Source: an uncultured Erysipelotrichaceae bacterium (lineage in GTDB: Bacteria; Bacillota_I; Bacilli_A; Erysipelotrichales; Erysipelotrichaceae). Taken from it: a stretch of 64,000 nucleotides of DNA. The position numbers and the translations under genes were made by a program. The stretch covers positions 15,876 to 79,875 of the forward strand of contig CAYTMK010000001.1 of NCBI GenBank assembly GCA_964438885.1. The letters are read 5' to 3'. The notes beneath the pieces are model-generated. The model had not been told where the DNA came from and did no database searches. It worked only from the letters and a program-made list of their open reading frames with translations. Below are positions 63,023 through 64,000 of this stretch, one piece after another. Position 1 is the first letter of the stretch. Each line of letters opens with the position of its first letter.

Positions 63023-64000
63023 TGAAAAATAGAGTCTTATTTTTACTCCTCTTTGTATTTTTATTTAGTACAGCTTGGAGTAAAACCACATCCAATAAAA
63101 GAGAACTATCTACAGATAATGAAAATATGGTCTTAAAAGAAAGAGAAGAGGATCCAATGATGGATGAAAAAAAGAATAAAATTTTAATTGCTTATTTTTC
63201 TGCTACCCAAACGACCAAACACTTAGTTGACTTCGCTTCAGAGATTTTAAATGCCGAAGTTTATGAAATTGTTCCAGAGATTCCTTACACGGCTGAAGAT
63301 TTGGCCTATTATACCAACAGTCGAGCTGATCGAGAACAAAGAGATCCATCGGTTCGTCCAGCTATTTCTGGACAAGTCGAAAATATGGGGCAATACGATA
63401 CCATTTTACTAGGCTATCCCATTTGGCATGGGCAGGCTCCAAGAATCATCAATACCTTTTTAGAAACTTATGATTTTTCTGGAAAAACAATTTTGCCCTT
63501 CTGTACCTCTCATAGCAGTGGTATCGGTTCAAGTGATACCTCTCTTCACGCTCTTGTACCCAATGCCAACTGGCTTCAAGGCCAACGCTTTTCAGCCAAC
63601 ACCACAAAAGAAGAGCTTTCCCATTGGCTTGACGAAATGGGCATGGATCCAGAAGTTGGAACATTCAATTTTGGCACCAAAAAAGTACAACTAAATAACG
63701 GATATAATATGCCCATTCATGGACTTGGTACTTACAGCTTGCATGGAGAGGAATGTAAAAACGCTGTACGAACGGCTATTGAAAATGGCGTTCGACTTCT
63801 TGATACCGCTTCTGCTTATGGTAACCAAGAAGAGATTGGCGAAGCAATTCGAGAAGCGATCGAAGATAATGTAATTAAAAGAGAAGACCTCTTTGTGATC
63901 ACCAAAATTTATCCTGGTGAAGAAATGAGAAATCCAGAGAAATCGATTCAATCCTGTTTGGATAAACTCAATATTGGTTATGTGGATATGATGCTTTTGC
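63019..64000 (+). CDS. Flavodoxin fused to an aldo/keto reductase, with an N-terminal signal-like segment; runs off the window
   Basis: Read by hand (absent from the ORF track): ILIAYFSATQTT, GYPIWHG, FCTSHSSG, then LNNGYNMPIHGLGT, LDTASAYGN, REDLFVITK. Confidence 0.8.
   Translation, partial: MMKNRVLFLLLFVFLFSTAWSKTTSNKRELSTDNENMVLKEREEDPMMDEKKNKILIAYFSATQTTKHLVDFASEILNAEVYEIVPEIPYTAEDLAYYTNSRADREQRDPSVRPAISGQVENMGQYDTILLGYPIWHGQAPRIINTFLETYDFSGKTILPFCTSHSSGIGSSDTSLHALVPNANWLQGQRFSANTTKEELSHWLDEMGMDPEVGTFNFGTKKVQLNNGYNMPIHGLGTYSLHGEECKNAVRTAIENGVRLLDTASAYGNQEEIGEAIREAIEDNVIKREDLFVITKIYPGEEMRNPEKSIQSCLDKLNIGYVDMMLL

Overview
A low-GC Firmicute chromosomal window. Gene content and protein style suggest Erysipelotrichaceae (Allobaculum/Dubosiella-like), which is an inference. 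Most of it is housekeeping: a butyrate cluster (thl divergent from bcd-etfB-etfA-hbd-crt-CoA transferase), two ABC transporters, pgm/ptsH/glgCDA, an [FeFe] hydrogenase, a wzm-GT-wzt-GT polysaccharide locus, nadE, lon-engB and two trigger-factor paralogs. Non-ORF elements read from the sequence: (1) a 357-nt ORF-less group I intron splitting an RluA pseudouridine synthase gene, inserted after TTGAT and ending in TTCAG, like a minimal IStron; (2) a lone Rep_3-DnaD fusion gene preceded by an origin-like module of AT-rich repeats, 12 alternating 22/21-bp iterons, an inverted-repeat operator and a probably leaderless promoter; (3) a decayed IS607 and a ~370-bp miniature relative, both keeping their ends and the TnpB omega-RNA region; (4) a cas-less type I-E CRISPR mini-array; (5) three genes whose Shine-Dalgarno lies 46-47 nt upstream of the start, with a hairpin in between; (6) a ~395-nt ORF-less unit bounded by a promoter and a terminator. 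All calls come from manual reading; no searches or folding programs were run.
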